NCBI GenBank assembly: GCA_045641285.1
Contig: JAZUGQ010000053.1
Span: 51,790 to 115,789 of the forward strand
DNA: 64,000 nt
Origin: Lachnospiraceae bacterium
GTDB lineage: Bacteria > Bacillota > Clostridia > Lachnospirales > Lachnospiraceae
Reading direction: 5' to 3'
Shown in pieces: positions 1 to 9,491 of the stretch. Position 1 is the stretch's first letter. Every line of letters begins with the position of its first letter. Under the pieces are notes generated by a model. The model did no database searches. It saw only the letters and a program-made list of their open reading frames with translations, and was not told where the DNA came from. The position numbers and the translations under genes are program-made.

Positions 1-52
1 TTACCGTGTTGTCCGCGTTGATGCTGTTAACGGAATACAGAGAGGAACGGGA

Positions 53-1237
53 ATGAAAGAAATTTATCTGGACAATGCCGCAACGACTCCGGTATTGCCT
101 GAGGTTGCGGAACTCATGACAAAGGTTATGCTGACCGATTACGGCAATCCGTCGTCACTTCACCATAAAGGGTTCGAAGCGGAATCGTATATTCGGACGG
201 CAAAGAAAATTATTGCCAAAAGTCTGAAAGCGGAAGAAAAAGAGATTGTATTTACTTCGGGCGGAACGGAATCCAACAATATGGCTCTGTTCTGCGGAGC
301 GGAATCGCGGAAACGGTACGGTCGTCACATCATTTCCACATCGATCGAGCATGCATCGGTATATAATCCGATTATCCGGCTGCAGGATCTCGGTTATGAA
401 ATCACCTTTTTACCGGTGGACGGTTCCGGACGGCTGGCGCCGGAAACGTTACGAAATGCGCTTCGAAAGGATACGATTCTGGTTTCCGTCATGATGGTCA
501 ACAATGAAATCGGAGCAATCGAACCGATTGAGGAACTGGCAAAGACGGTTCATGAACAAAATCCGAATGCACTGTTTCATGTGGATGCGATACAGGCATA
601 CGGGAAGCTGCCCATTTGCCCGAAAAAAATGGGAATTGACCTGCTGTCCGTGAGCGGACACAAGCTTCACGGTCCGAAAGGCAGCGGGTTCCTGTATATT
701 CGTGATAAAATCGCGTTGCAGCCGTTCATTTTCGGAGGCGGACAACAGCGGGACAGACGTTCGGGAACGGAAAATGTTCCGGCCATTGCAGGGCTCGGAG
801 CGGCCGTGGAATGGTATATGAAGGACAATGAATCCAAACGGAATCATATGTGGGAACTGAAGGAACAGCTGATTCGGGACGTGCAGACGATTCCCGGAAC
901 CGTTGTCAACGGACTTCCCAAAGAAGAGAAACCGCTTCATGATCTTGTACGGGAAACGGCACCGCATATTGTCAGTATCAGTTTTGAAGGAATCCGAAGT
1001 GAGGTGCTTCTGCATACACTGGAAGAACGGGGAATTTATGTGTCGTCCGGGTCTGCCTGTTCGTCCAATCATCCGGCAATCAGCGGGACGCTGAAGGCAA
1101 TCGGAGTGAAAGAATCGCTGCTGGATTCCACGATTCGGTTCAGTTTCAGTGATATGACGACCGAAGACGATATTTCGGAAACGGTTTCCGTATTAAGGGA
1201 GCAGATACCGATTTTATCAAAATACAGAAGAAGTTGA
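53..1237 (+). CDS. iscS: cysteine desulfurase (NifS/IscS family)
   Basis: 394-aa ORF. PLP-lysine motif SGHKLHGPKG and catalytic-Cys loop SSGSACSS. Lies directly upstream of thiI, as in Firmicute iscS/nifZ-thiI pairs. Confidence 0.9.
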   Translation: MKEIYLDNAATTPVLPEVAELMTKVMLTDYGNPSSLHHKGFEAESYIRTAKKIIAKSLKAEEKEIVFTSGGTESNNMALFCGAESRKRYGRHIISTSIEHASVYNPIIRLQDLGYEITFLPVDGSGRLAPETLRNALRKDTILVSVMMVNNEIGAIEPIEELAKTVHEQNPNALFHVDAIQAYGKLPICPKKMGIDLLSVSGHKLHGPKGSGFLYIRDKIALQPFIFGGGQQRDRRSGTENVPAIAGLGAAVEWYMKDNESKRNHMWELKEQLIRDVQTIPGTVVNGLPKEEKPLHDLVRETAPHIVSISFEGIRSEVLLHTLEERGIYVSSGSACSSNHPAISGTLKAIGVKESLLDSTIRFSFSDMTTEDDISETVSVLREQIPILSKYRRS

Positions 1238-1247
1238 GGAAAAAGCA

Positions 1248-2429
1248 ATGTATCAGGCATTTTTGATTAAGTATGCGGAAATCGGATTAAAGGGAAACAA
1301 TCGGGCCTATTTCGAGGACTGTCTGGTAAAGCAGCTCCGTCACAATTTGAAGCCGCTCGGAGAGTATCAGGTGCATAAGGAACCGGGAAGGATTTTTGTG
1401 GAATGTCCCGAAGGCTATGATTATGACGATACCGTCGAAGCATTATCCAAAGTATTCGGTGTCGCAGGATACTGTCCCGTGAAAATCGTTCCGTCCACCG
1501 AATGGGAGGATATTTTACAGGGAGTCGGAGAGTATTTTGACGAGCATGTCGGGAACAAGAAGGCAACCTTTAAAGTGTTCTGCAAGCGCGGAGACAAGAA
1601 CTATCCGATGGAATCTCCGGAAATCTGCGCAAAGGTCGGAGAATTCATTTTGCAGCATTGTCCGGACATGACCGTCGATGTTCACAATCCGGAACTGAGT
1701 TTCACCGTGGAAGTGCGCGGGCGCACCTATCTGTACACGGATACCTATGCGGGACCGGGCGGAATGCCGGTCGGCTGCAACGGAAAACTGATGCTTTTAC
1801 TGTCCGGCGGAATTGACAGTCCCGTTGCCGGATATATGATTGCAAAGCGAGGCGTATATATTGACGCAACGTATTTTCATGCGCCGCCGTATACGAGCGA
1901 ACGTGCGCTTCAGAAGGTTGTGGATCTGGCCAAAATCATTTCGGCATATACCGGCCCGATTCATTTGAATATCGTGAATTTCACCGAAATTCAGATGTAT
2001 ATTTACGATACGTGTCCGCATGATGAACTGACGATTCTGATGAGACGGTATATGATGAGAATCGCGGAACGGATTGCCAAGGAAAATGACTGTCTCGGTC
2101 TGGTTACCGGCGAAAGCATCGGTCAGGTGGCAAGTCAGACGCTTCAGAGTCTGAACACGACCAATGCGGTATGTACGCTTCCGGTATATCGTCCGCTGAT
2201 TGCATTTGATAAAGTGGATATTGTCGATATTTCGCAGAAGATCAAAACGTATGAGACAAGTATTCTGCCGTACGAGGACTGCTGCACCATTTATGTTGCC
2301 AAGCATCCCGTAACCAAGCCGATTCTGAAGGCCATTGAGAAGTCGGAAACGCTGCTTGCGGACAAGATTGAGGAAATGACGGAGCTGGCCATCAGCGAGC
2401 GGGAAGTGCTGTATATCAAGCCGGAATAA
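1248..2429 (+). CDS. thiI: tRNA 4-thiouridine synthase ThiI (short form, no rhodanese domain)
   Basis: 393 aa. PP-loop LLLSGGIDSPVA. THUMP-like N-terminal half. Coupled to the upstream desulfurase. Confidence 0.92.
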   Translation: MYQAFLIKYAEIGLKGNNRAYFEDCLVKQLRHNLKPLGEYQVHKEPGRIFVECPEGYDYDDTVEALSKVFGVAGYCPVKIVPSTEWEDILQGVGEYFDEHVGNKKATFKVFCKRGDKNYPMESPEICAKVGEFILQHCPDMTVDVHNPELSFTVEVRGRTYLYTDTYAGPGGMPVGCNGKLMLLLSGGIDSPVAGYMIAKRGVYIDATYFHAPPYTSERALQKVVDLAKIISAYTGPIHLNIVNFTEIQMYIYDTCPHDELTILMRRYMMRIAERIAKENDCLGLVTGESIGQVASQTLQSLNTTNAVCTLPVYRPLIAFDKVDIVDISQKIKTYETSILPYEDCCTIYVAKHPVTKPILKAIEKSETLLADKIEEMTELAISEREVLYIKPE

Positions 2430-2463
2430 GGAGTCTCCGCCGAACATTGTGAAAACATAACAG

Positions 2464-2496
2464 AAAAACGGGGCATTTTCAATGCCCCGTATGTTT
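2464..2496 (-). terminator. hairpin between convergent thiI and HPr-like gene, with best U-tract on the minus strand
   Basis: Stem cggggcatt (2469-2477) pairs with aatgccccg (2481-2489). On the minus strand it is followed by TTTTTCTG; on the plus strand only by TATGTTTC. Confidence 0.55.
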
Positions 2497-2512
2497 CATT
2501 CAATCATTTCAC

Positions 2513-2575
2513 GGAATTACCGAGATTGCCGAAATTGCTTAATGTACCGAAATTGCCGGAATTGCCGGAATCAGC
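2513..2575. repeat. about 7 tandem copies of a degenerate 9-bp unit (GGAATTGCC-like)
   Basis: Read directly: ggaattacc gagattgcc gaaattgct taatgtacc gaaattgcc ggaattgcc ggaatcagc. Abuts and overlaps the stop codon (2571-2573) of the minus-strand HPr-like gene. Confidence 0.75.
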
Positions 2576-2801
2576 AAAGATACGGCTTTAAAGCAATCAA
2601 AATGGCATCCATTTCGTTGTCATTATGGATGTTCAGGGTAATCGGCCGGGACAAATCCAGGCTGAAGATACCCATGATGGATTTTGCGTCAATGACATAA
2701 CGTCCGGAAACAAGATCGAAATCCGAATCGAATTTTGTGATATCATTTACAAAATTCTTGACTTTATCAATGGAATTCAAAGTAATGGTTACAGTTTTCA
2801 T
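2571..2801 (-). CDS. HPr-like small protein lacking the His15 phosphorylation site
   Basis: ATG at 2801 is preceded by AAGGAGG. Contains the HPr Ser46-region motif DAKSIMGI, but the N-terminal GLHARPA-type His motif is absent. The listed 2822 start is GTG without an RBS. Confidence 0.75.
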   Translation of the reverse strand: MKTVTITLNSIDKVKNFVNDITKFDSDFDLVSGRYVIDAKSIMGIFSLDLSRPITLNIHNDNEMDAILIALKPYLC

Positions 2802-2901
2802 GTGTTTACTCCTCCTTTGCACAACTTGATTTTATAGTACAGTTTACCCCTTAAAATGTCAATGCTTTGACGAGAACTTTCACGGAAAAAACGAGGTTTT
2901 T

Positions 2902-4278
2902 ATGGAAAATTATTTGATGAACAAAAAAGTGGCCGTCCATACGCTCGGTTGCAAGGTAAATACCTGCGAATCGGAAGCAATGCGGCAAATGCTGCGGGAC
3001 GCCGGATGCGTTTTTACGGAGTTTGAGTCGGAGGCGGATATTTATCTGATACATACATGCACGGTGACCAATATTGCCGACCGGAAAACAAGGCAAATGC
3101 TGCATCGTGCCAGAAGTCAGGCCCCGAATGCGGTCATTGCGGCGGTCGGATGTTATGTGCAGGAGAGATATGCCGAGCATTTGGAGGACGACAGCGTGGA
3201 TGTGCTGGTCGGAAACCGGCACAAAGGGGAGATTGTCACCCTGTTAAATGAAGCACTGCGGAACCGGGCATTGGGAAACAACAAAACGATTGTGCGGGTG
3301 GACCGGGATGACGGTCTGCTGACCTATGAAACGCTGCGGGAGGTTCATTCCGAAGAACGGGTGCGGGCATTTGTCAAAGTACAGGACGGCTGCAATCAGT
3401 TCTGCAGTTATTGCATCATCCCGTTTGCCAGAGGCCGAATCTGTTCCCGACCCGAGCAGGAGGTTCTGTCCGAAGTCAGGGCCCTGGTGGACAACGGTGT
3501 AAAGGAAGTGGTAATAACCGGAATTCATTTGTCTTCTTACGGATTGGAACGATACAGTGTGCGGGAACAGGCTGCTTTGAAAACCGATTTCGGAGAATTG
3601 CCCCTTCTGACGCTTTTGAAGAAAATCGATGCCGTCCCGGGACTTCGCAGACTGAGGCTCGGCTCTCTGGAACCGAGAATCGTGACGCCGGAATTTGCTA
3701 AGGAACTGGCGGGGCTGAAAACCATTTGCCCGCAGTTTCATCTGTCGCTGCAAAGCGGATGCGACCGGATTCTTGCCAAAATGAACCGGAAGTATACGAC
3801 TGCGGAATATGCCGAATGTGCGGCGGCACTTCGGAACGCATTTGACGATCCGGCACTGACAACGGATATTATTGCCGGATTTCCCGGAGAGACGGAAGAG
3901 GACTTTCAAACCACGTGCGAATATGCAAAACGGATTCGGTTCGCGCAGATTCACATTTTCCCGTATTCGAGACGGAAAGGTACCGTTGCGGACGCCATGA
4001 AGGAGCAGCTCACCGAAGCCGTGAAAAAGGAGCGGGCGGGCCGGCTTGCGAAGATTGAAACGGAACTTCGGCTCGGATATCGGGAGAAACACCTTGAACG
4101 AACCGCCGATGTTCTGTTCGAGGAACAGGTCGAAATCGACGGAACCACATACTATCGTGGTTTCAGCAGAGAGTATATCCCATATATCGTGGAATCGAAA
4201 AACTGCCTGATTAATGAAGAACGGCTTGTACAAGCAGTGAAAATGATGCCGGACGGGACGCTTTTATCAATAATTTAG
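2902..4278 (+). CDS. mtaB: MiaB-like radical-SAM methylthiotransferase (MtaB type)
   Basis: 458 aa. N-terminal UPF0004 Cys triad (HTLGCKVN.., HTCTVT). Radical-SAM CNQFCSYC motif. C-terminal TRAM-like region. Confidence 0.85.
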   Translation: MENYLMNKKVAVHTLGCKVNTCESEAMRQMLRDAGCVFTEFESEADIYLIHTCTVTNIADRKTRQMLHRARSQAPNAVIAAVGCYVQERYAEHLEDDSVDVLVGNRHKGEIVTLLNEALRNRALGNNKTIVRVDRDDGLLTYETLREVHSEERVRAFVKVQDGCNQFCSYCIIPFARGRICSRPEQEVLSEVRALVDNGVKEVVITGIHLSSYGLERYSVREQAALKTDFGELPLLTLLKKIDAVPGLRRLRLGSLEPRIVTPEFAKELAGLKTICPQFHLSLQSGCDRILAKMNRKYTTAEYAECAAALRNAFDDPALTTDIIAGFPGETEEDFQTTCEYAKRIRFAQIHIFPYSRRKGTVADAMKEQLTEAVKKERAGRLAKIETELRLGYREKHLERTADVLFEEQVEIDGTTYYRGFSREYIPYIVESKNCLINEERLVQAVKMMPDGTLLSII

Positions 4279-4415
4279 TTGCTATTTTCGGGAATTTGGA
4301 GTAAAATGTCATTGTATAGTACTGTATACTGTGTTAGGTGTATGCAAATATACGGATTTCTGCGGAAATCCAAAAAGGGAAGAAATAATGTATTACATTT
4401 GAGGAGGAAAGTGCG

Positions 4416-4670
4416 ATGACTAACAATACGGTGAATTTTACATCCCCGGAACATTCAAGCGAAAGAATTCATGAGGTGATGAACCTGGTGTATATGGCAC
4501 TTCGGGAAAAAGGATATAACCCGACAGCTCAGATTGTCGGTTATCTGATGAGTGGGGACCCGACTTATATTACCAGCCACATGAATGCAAGAAGCGCAAT
4601 CGCGAGAGTGGAACGGGATGAGATTATTGAGGAACTGGTAAAGTTGTATCTGACCACTTTGGAGCGATAA
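4416..4670 (+). CDS. ireB: IreB family regulatory phosphoprotein (UPF0297/YrzL)
   Basis: 84 aa. Motif [24 protein letters not shown]. Precedes ruvX as in Bacillus. Confidence 0.85.
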   Translation: MTNNTVNFTSPEHSSERIHEVMNLVYMALREKGYNPTAQIVGYLMSGDPTYITSHMNARSAIARVERDEIIEELVKLYLTTLER

Positions 4671-4684
4671 CAGGAAGGATGTTC

Positions 4685-5170
4685 ATGGACGAATTGCGAT
4701 TACTGGGATTGGATTACGGCGCCGCAACTGTGGGAGTTGCGGGAAGTGACGGTCTGTTTCTGACCGCACAGCCGTTGGAAGTCATTCGGAGAACTCACGA
4801 GAACAAGCTGCGTCAAACGTACCAGAGAATCGAGGAGATTATTCGGGAACGCGGAATTCACGCACTGGTTGTCGGCTATCCGAAGAAACTGGACAATTCC
4901 GTTGGTGAACGGGCCGAAAAATCCGAAGCGTTTGCGGCGGATCTGAAACGCCGTACCGGTTTGCCGGTCATTTTATGGGATGAACGTCTGACCACGGTGG
5001 AAGCACACCGGATTCTGGATTCGGAAGAACATGATTACCGAAAGCAGGCAATGGTGATCGATAAGCTTGCGGCGGTTATCATTTTACAGTCATATATGGA
5101 TTATCTGACCAACAATCCGTCGGAGAAAGAAGCATTGATGGGACAGATAACAGGTACGGAGGAAGCATGA
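4685..5170 (+). CDS. ruvX: Holliday junction resolvase-like nuclease RuvX (YqgF)
   Basis: YqgF motifs LLGLDYG and [14 protein letters not shown]. The ATG at 4685 is better spaced from GGAAGG than the ATG at 4679. Confidence 0.88.
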   Translation: MDELRLLGLDYGAATVGVAGSDGLFLTAQPLEVIRRTHENKLRQTYQRIEEIIRERGIHALVVGYPKKLDNSVGERAEKSEAFAADLKRRTGLPVILWDERLTTVEAHRILDSEEHDYRKQAMVIDKLAAVIILQSYMDYLTNNPSEKEALMGQITGTEEA

Positions 5171-5427
5171 GCGATACGATTACGGCGGTGGAATTCACGG
5201 ATGATGAAGGAAATGTCATCAAAATGGAAGTTCTCGCACAGACGAAACAGAACGATACGGGATATCTTTTGGTGAAGGATCCCGATGAAGATATTGCATA
5301 TATCATGAAAGAGGTTACGGATGACGAAGACAGCCTGACCTATGTCATGGTAGAGGACGATGCGGAAATGGAAGCCATCGGCGACGTGTTTGAGGAACTG
5401 ATGGAAGATTATGACCTGGAGTCCTAG
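5167..5427 (+). CDS. DUF1292 family protein (YrzB-like)
   Basis: 86 aa and acidic. The pattern [14 protein letters not shown]...YLLV is typical of DUF1292. Conserved position after ruvX. Confidence 0.8.
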   Translation: MSDTITAVEFTDDEGNVIKMEVLAQTKQNDTGYLLVKDPDEDIAYIMKEVTDDEDSLTYVMVEDDAEMEAIGDVFEELMEDYDLES

Positions 5428-5437
5428 AAAGGGATTT

Positions 5438-7102
5438 ATGAAGTTTGACAACACTCTCAAGATCGTACCTTTGGGTGGCCTTGAGCAGGTAGGAATGAAC
5501 ATTACGGCGATATGCTACGGAGATGAAATTGCAGTGATTGACTGCGGTTTGGCATTTCCCAGCGATGACATGCTCGGAGTGGATCTGGTAATTCCGGATG
5601 TGACCTTTCTGAAAGAGAACCTGAGTAAAGTGAAGGGCTTTTTCATCACACACGGACACGAGGACCATATCGGAGCGCTTCCGTATGTCCTGAGAGAAAT
5701 TCCGGTACCTGTCTACGGAACCGAGCTGACCGTTGCGATTATCAAGAACAAGCTGGACGATTCGACACAGCAGATCGATGTTCCGCTTCAGGTGGTTGAG
5801 TATGGCGAAACCATTGACTGCGGCGCATTGAAACTCGAATATATCCGAACCAATCACAGTATTGCGGATTCGAGTGCAATCGCAATTCATACGCCGGCCG
5901 GAACCATTATCCATACCGGTGATTTCAAAATTGATTTTACTCCCGTTTACGGAGATACCATTGATTTGCAGCGCTTGGGAGTACTTGGCTCGCAAGGTGT
6001 TTTGGCACTTTTGTGTGACAGTACGAATGCGCTGAAACCGGGTCTTACGATGTCGGAAAAGACCGTCGGAAAAACATTTGACAATATATTCTCGGAGCAT
6101 CTCAACAATCGTATTATTGTTGCAACCTTCGCTTCGAATGTGGACCGTGTACAGCAGATTATCAACAGTGCCGTGAAATACGGACGGAAAGTCGCACTGG
6201 ACGGCCGAAGCATGGTCAGCATTGTCAATACGGCAATTGAACTCGGATATATCAATCTTCCCGACAATGTCCTCATTCCGCTTGAGGAAGTTTCCAATTA
6301 TCCGGACAGTCAGGTCGTTCTGATTATGACGGGAAGCCAGGGAGAACCGATGGCGGCATTATCCCGAATTGCGGCTGCGACTCACAAAAAAGTCAGCATT
6401 ATGCCGGGAGATACGGTTATTATCAGTTCCACCCCGATTCCGGGAAATGAGAAGAGCGTGGCCAAACTGATCAATGATTTAACCGTACTCGGTGCCAATG
6501 TCATTTTCCAGGATACCCATGTTTCGGGTCATGCCAACCAGGATGAAATCAAATTCCTGTACAGTCTGATCCGACCGAAATATGCCATTCCGATTCACGG
6601 TGAATACCGTCATCGGTATGCGCAGAGAAATCTGTGTCTCGAGCTCGGATGGAAGAAAGAGAATATTCTGATTATACGGTCCGGCGATGTTTTGGAAATC
6701 AGTGATTCGGATGCCAACGTAATTGATACGGTACCGGCCAGAGGAGTCATGGTGGACGGACTCGGAATCGGAGACGTCGGCAATATCGTATTGAGAGATC
6801 GTCAGTACATGTCGGAGAACGGTATCTTCATCGTGTCGGTTTGCCGGGATACCGTGTCCAGACAGTTTGTGAGTGAACCCGTTATCGTCACCAAAGGCTT
6901 TGTGTATCTGAAGGATGCCGAGGTGCTGATTACGGAAGCGGAAAATATTGTGAAATCCTGCATGGATGAATTTAATGACAGCGGAAACAACGACATCAAC
7001 AAATTCAAAGCGGATGTCAAGAGTGATTTGGCAGAGTACATTTGGAAAGAGATTCGAAGAAGACCGATGATTTTACCAATCGTTACGGATATGACGTATT
7101 AA
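5438..7102 (+). CDS. rnj: ribonuclease J
   Basis: N-terminus MKFDNTLKIVPLGGLEQVGMN. Metallo-beta-lactamase motif THGHEDHIG. Beta-CASP and C-terminal domains. The start chosen is the internal ATG that matches the family N-terminus. Confidence 0.92.
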   Translation: MKFDNTLKIVPLGGLEQVGMNITAICYGDEIAVIDCGLAFPSDDMLGVDLVIPDVTFLKENLSKVKGFFITHGHEDHIGALPYVLREIPVPVYGTELTVAIIKNKLDDSTQQIDVPLQVVEYGETIDCGALKLEYIRTNHSIADSSAIAIHTPAGTIIHTGDFKIDFTPVYGDTIDLQRLGVLGSQGVLALLCDSTNALKPGLTMSEKTVGKTFDNIFSEHLNNRIIVATFASNVDRVQQIINSAVKYGRKVALDGRSMVSIVNTAIELGYINLPDNVLIPLEEVSNYPDSQVVLIMTGSQGEPMAALSRIAAATHKKVSIMPGDTVIISSTPIPGNEKSVAKLINDLTVLGANVIFQDTHVSGHANQDEIKFLYSLIRPKYAIPIHGEYRHRYAQRNLCLELGWKKENILIIRSGDVLEISDSDANVIDTVPARGVMVDGLGIGDVGNIVLRDRQYMSENGIFIVSVCRDTVSRQFVSEPVIVTKGFVYLKDAEVLITEAENIVKSCMDEFNDSGNNDINKFKADVKSDLAEYIWKEIRRRPMILPIVTDMTY

Positions 7103-7111
7103 GGAGCCAGT

Positions 7112-7570
7112 ATGAAGAAGAAAAAGAAAAAATTGAATACCGGTAAATATGTCAGATCGCTTCTCGGCAGTGTTGTATATATAGGACTGGTTATCGTATT
7201 TTATGTATTGGCAGTTCTGGGAATTATTCTCGGAATAAAGTATGCAAGACCGTTCGGACGATTGATTTTCGGCAATTATGCGGTATCCGATTATGCGAAC
7301 GAGAAGGAAATGAGCGTCGAAATCCGTGTCGGTGACTCGACTCAGGACGTGGCAAAGAGACTGGAATCCGAGAAAATCATTTCCGACTGGATGTCCTTTT
7401 ACACGAAAGTAAAATTGCAGAAAATGAATATCATCCCGGGCGTATATACACTGAAAGACAGCATGTCCTATGATCAGATTCTTGACATTATCGCCGTTGA
7501 TACGGAAGTTCAGCTGAGTGAAGAGGAACTTCGGGAGTTGGAAGAAAAGGAAAAGTTAGGATTGGATTAG
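7112..7570 (+). CDS. membrane protein with a MltG/YceG-like N-terminal domain only (no catalytic domain)
   Basis: 152 aa. Lys-rich N-terminus, one TM segment (VVYIGLVIVFYVLAVLGIILGI), then a LysM-like segment IRVGDSTQDVAKRLESEKII...IPGVYTL. Occupies the yrrL/mltG slot of the conserved block. Confidence 0.55.
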   Translation: MKKKKKKLNTGKYVRSLLGSVVYIGLVIVFYVLAVLGIILGIKYARPFGRLIFGNYAVSDYANEKEMSVEIRVGDSTQDVAKRLESEKIISDWMSFYTKVKLQKMNIIPGVYTLKDSMSYDQILDIIAVDTEVQLSEEELRELEEKEKLGLD

Positions 7571-7572
7571 CC

Positions 7573-8241
7573 ATGATAGATTCATTGTTGGTCAATCCGC
7601 ATATTGCGGACTATGTCGCCTCTCTTGTCGGAGACCTTCCGGAATGGCTGGAAGAGGCGGAACAGAAGGCAAGACGGGAAGAAGTCCCGATTATTCGCAA
7701 AGAGGCACAGGGACTGTTACAGTTCTTTCTGGCGGCAAAGAAACCGACGGAAATACTGGAAATCGGAACTGCGGTCGGATTTTCCGCAAGTCTGATGGCA
7801 TATTACACGAATTTTGAGGTGCCGATTACCACAATCGAAAAGGTACCGGCCAGAATTCGGGAAGCAACGGAACGGTTTCAAAGCCGCAGCGAATTGTCCT
7901 GTATCACGCTGATTCCGGGAGATGCCGAGGCCGTGCTGACAGAACTGGAAGCAGACGGAAACAGATATTCCTTCATTTTTCTGGATGCCGCGAAGGCACA
8001 ATATCCCGCCTATCTAAGTCATTTGAAACATATGATGAAGGACGGAGCCATCCTGATAACCGACAATATTTTGCAGGAAGGCAGTCTTGCGGAATCCAAG
8101 TTTACGATTACCAGACGGGATCGCACCATTCATATGAGAATGCGTGAGTTTGTGGAATCCCTGTTTCATGATGATCATTTTACAAGTACACTGCTGCCGG
8201 TCGGTGACGGCATGACGGTCAGTGTGTATTCAGACCGATAA
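7573..8241 (+). CDS. class I SAM-dependent O-methyltransferase (YrrM/TrmR-like)
   Basis: 222 aa. SAM motif ILEIGTAVGFS and FIFLDAAK. Synteny with the U32 peptidase gene. Confidence 0.82.
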   Translation: MIDSLLVNPHIADYVASLVGDLPEWLEEAEQKARREEVPIIRKEAQGLLQFFLAAKKPTEILEIGTAVGFSASLMAYYTNFEVPITTIEKVPARIREATERFQSRSELSCITLIPGDAEAVLTELEADGNRYSFIFLDAAKAQYPAYLSHLKHMMKDGAILITDNILQEGSLAESKFTITRRDRTIHMRMREFVESLFHDDHFTSTLLPVGDGMTVSVYSDR

Positions 8242-8253
8242 TTGGGAGGAAAT

Positions 8254-9474
8254 ATGCTGGAATTACTGGTACCGGCCGGTTCCCCGGAGGTATTGCGAAC
8301 CGCGATTCGATACGGAGCCGATGCGGTATATATCGGCGGCGAACTGTATGGACTGCGAGCAAAAGCAAAGAATTTTTCCAAAGACGATATTCGCGAGGGA
8401 ATTCGCCTCTGTCATGAAAATGGGAAGAAACTGTATATTACAGCCAACATAACGGCGCACAACGGAGATCTTCCGGGAATTCGGGAATATTTTAACGAGC
8501 TGAAGGAACTGAAACCGGATGCCGTGATTATTTCTGACCCCGGAGTTTTTATGATTGCCAGGGAAATTTTACAGGATGATGTGGATATTCATATCAGCAC
8601 ACAGGCGAACAACGTCAATTACAACACCTTCCTGTTCTGGAATTCGCTCGGAGCGAAGCGGGTTGTCGGCGGACGGGAACTGTCTCTGCAGGAAATTGCG
8701 GAAATCCGTCGTCATATTCCGGATGATATGGAAATCGAATGCTTTGTTCACGGAGCAATGTGCATTTCCTATTCGGGACGGTGCCTGCTGTCCAATTATC
8801 TGACCGGTCGGGATGCGAATCTCGGCGCATGCACGCATCCCTGCAGATGGAAATATTATCTCATGGAGGAAACAAGGCCCGGCGAATATTTTCCCGTTGA
8901 GGAAAATGAGCGGGGGACGTACATTTTCAACTCCAAGGATTTATGCATGATCGAGCATATACCGGATCTGATTGCGGCCGGAATCAACAGTTTCAAGATT
9001 GAGGGACGCATGAAGACGGCGCTGTATGTTGCGGTAGTTGCGAGAACATACCGAAAAGCTATCGATGATTTTCTGGAAGATCCGGAGCTGTATCGAAAGA
9101 ATCTGGATTGGTACCGGAAAGAAATCGCAAGCTGCACCTATCGGGAATATACGACCGGATTCTATTACGGAAAACCCGATTCCGACGCTCAGATTTATGA
9201 TGCCAATACCTATACATGCAATGCGGTATATTTGGGACGCATTCAGTCGGTAAACGGCTATGATGCCGTATTTGAACAGAAAAACAAGTTCCTCGTCGGC
9301 GATGAAATCGAACTGATGAGACCGAACGGAGACAATATCAAAGCCATCGTCCGGGCAATGAAGGATGACGAGGGCAATGACATGGAGTCCTGCCCGCATT
9401 CCAGACAAATCATAACCGTCACACTGTCCGAACTGCCGGAAGAGGGCGATATCATGAGAATGGAAATGAAGTGA
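8254..9474 (+). CDS. peptidase U32 family protein (YrrO/TrhP-like)
   Basis: N-terminus MLELLVPAGS. U32 signature E.FVHGAMCISYSGRCLLS. GGGAGG RBS upstream of the ATG at 8254. Confidence 0.85.
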   Translation: MLELLVPAGSPEVLRTAIRYGADAVYIGGELYGLRAKAKNFSKDDIREGIRLCHENGKKLYITANITAHNGDLPGIREYFNELKELKPDAVIISDPGVFMIAREILQDDVDIHISTQANNVNYNTFLFWNSLGAKRVVGGRELSLQEIAEIRRHIPDDMEIECFVHGAMCISYSGRCLLSNYLTGRDANLGACTHPCRWKYYLMEETRPGEYFPVEENERGTYIFNSKDLCMIEHIPDLIAAGINSFKIEGRMKTALYVAVVARTYRKAIDDFLEDPELYRKNLDWYRKEIASCTYREYTTGFYYGKPDSDAQIYDANTYTCNAVYLGRIQSVNGYDAVFEQKNKFLVGDEIELMRPNGDNIKAIVRAMKDDEGNDMESCPHSRQIITVTLSELPEEGDIMRMEMK

Positions 9475-9491
9475 CTTTCTGAAAGGATCGT

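Noticed and set aside
2513-2575. Possible CRISPR array. I also looked for CRISPR arrays elsewhere in the window
   Set aside because: The units are 9 bp with no spacers, so this is a minisatellite. I saw no repeat-spacer architecture anywhere in the 64 kb.
2482-2700. 72-aa + strand ORF with RNC/RNCRNC repeats
   Set aside because: The repeat is simply the translation of the 9-bp DNA tandem repeat. The rest of the ORF is antisense to the HPr-like gene. No RBS.
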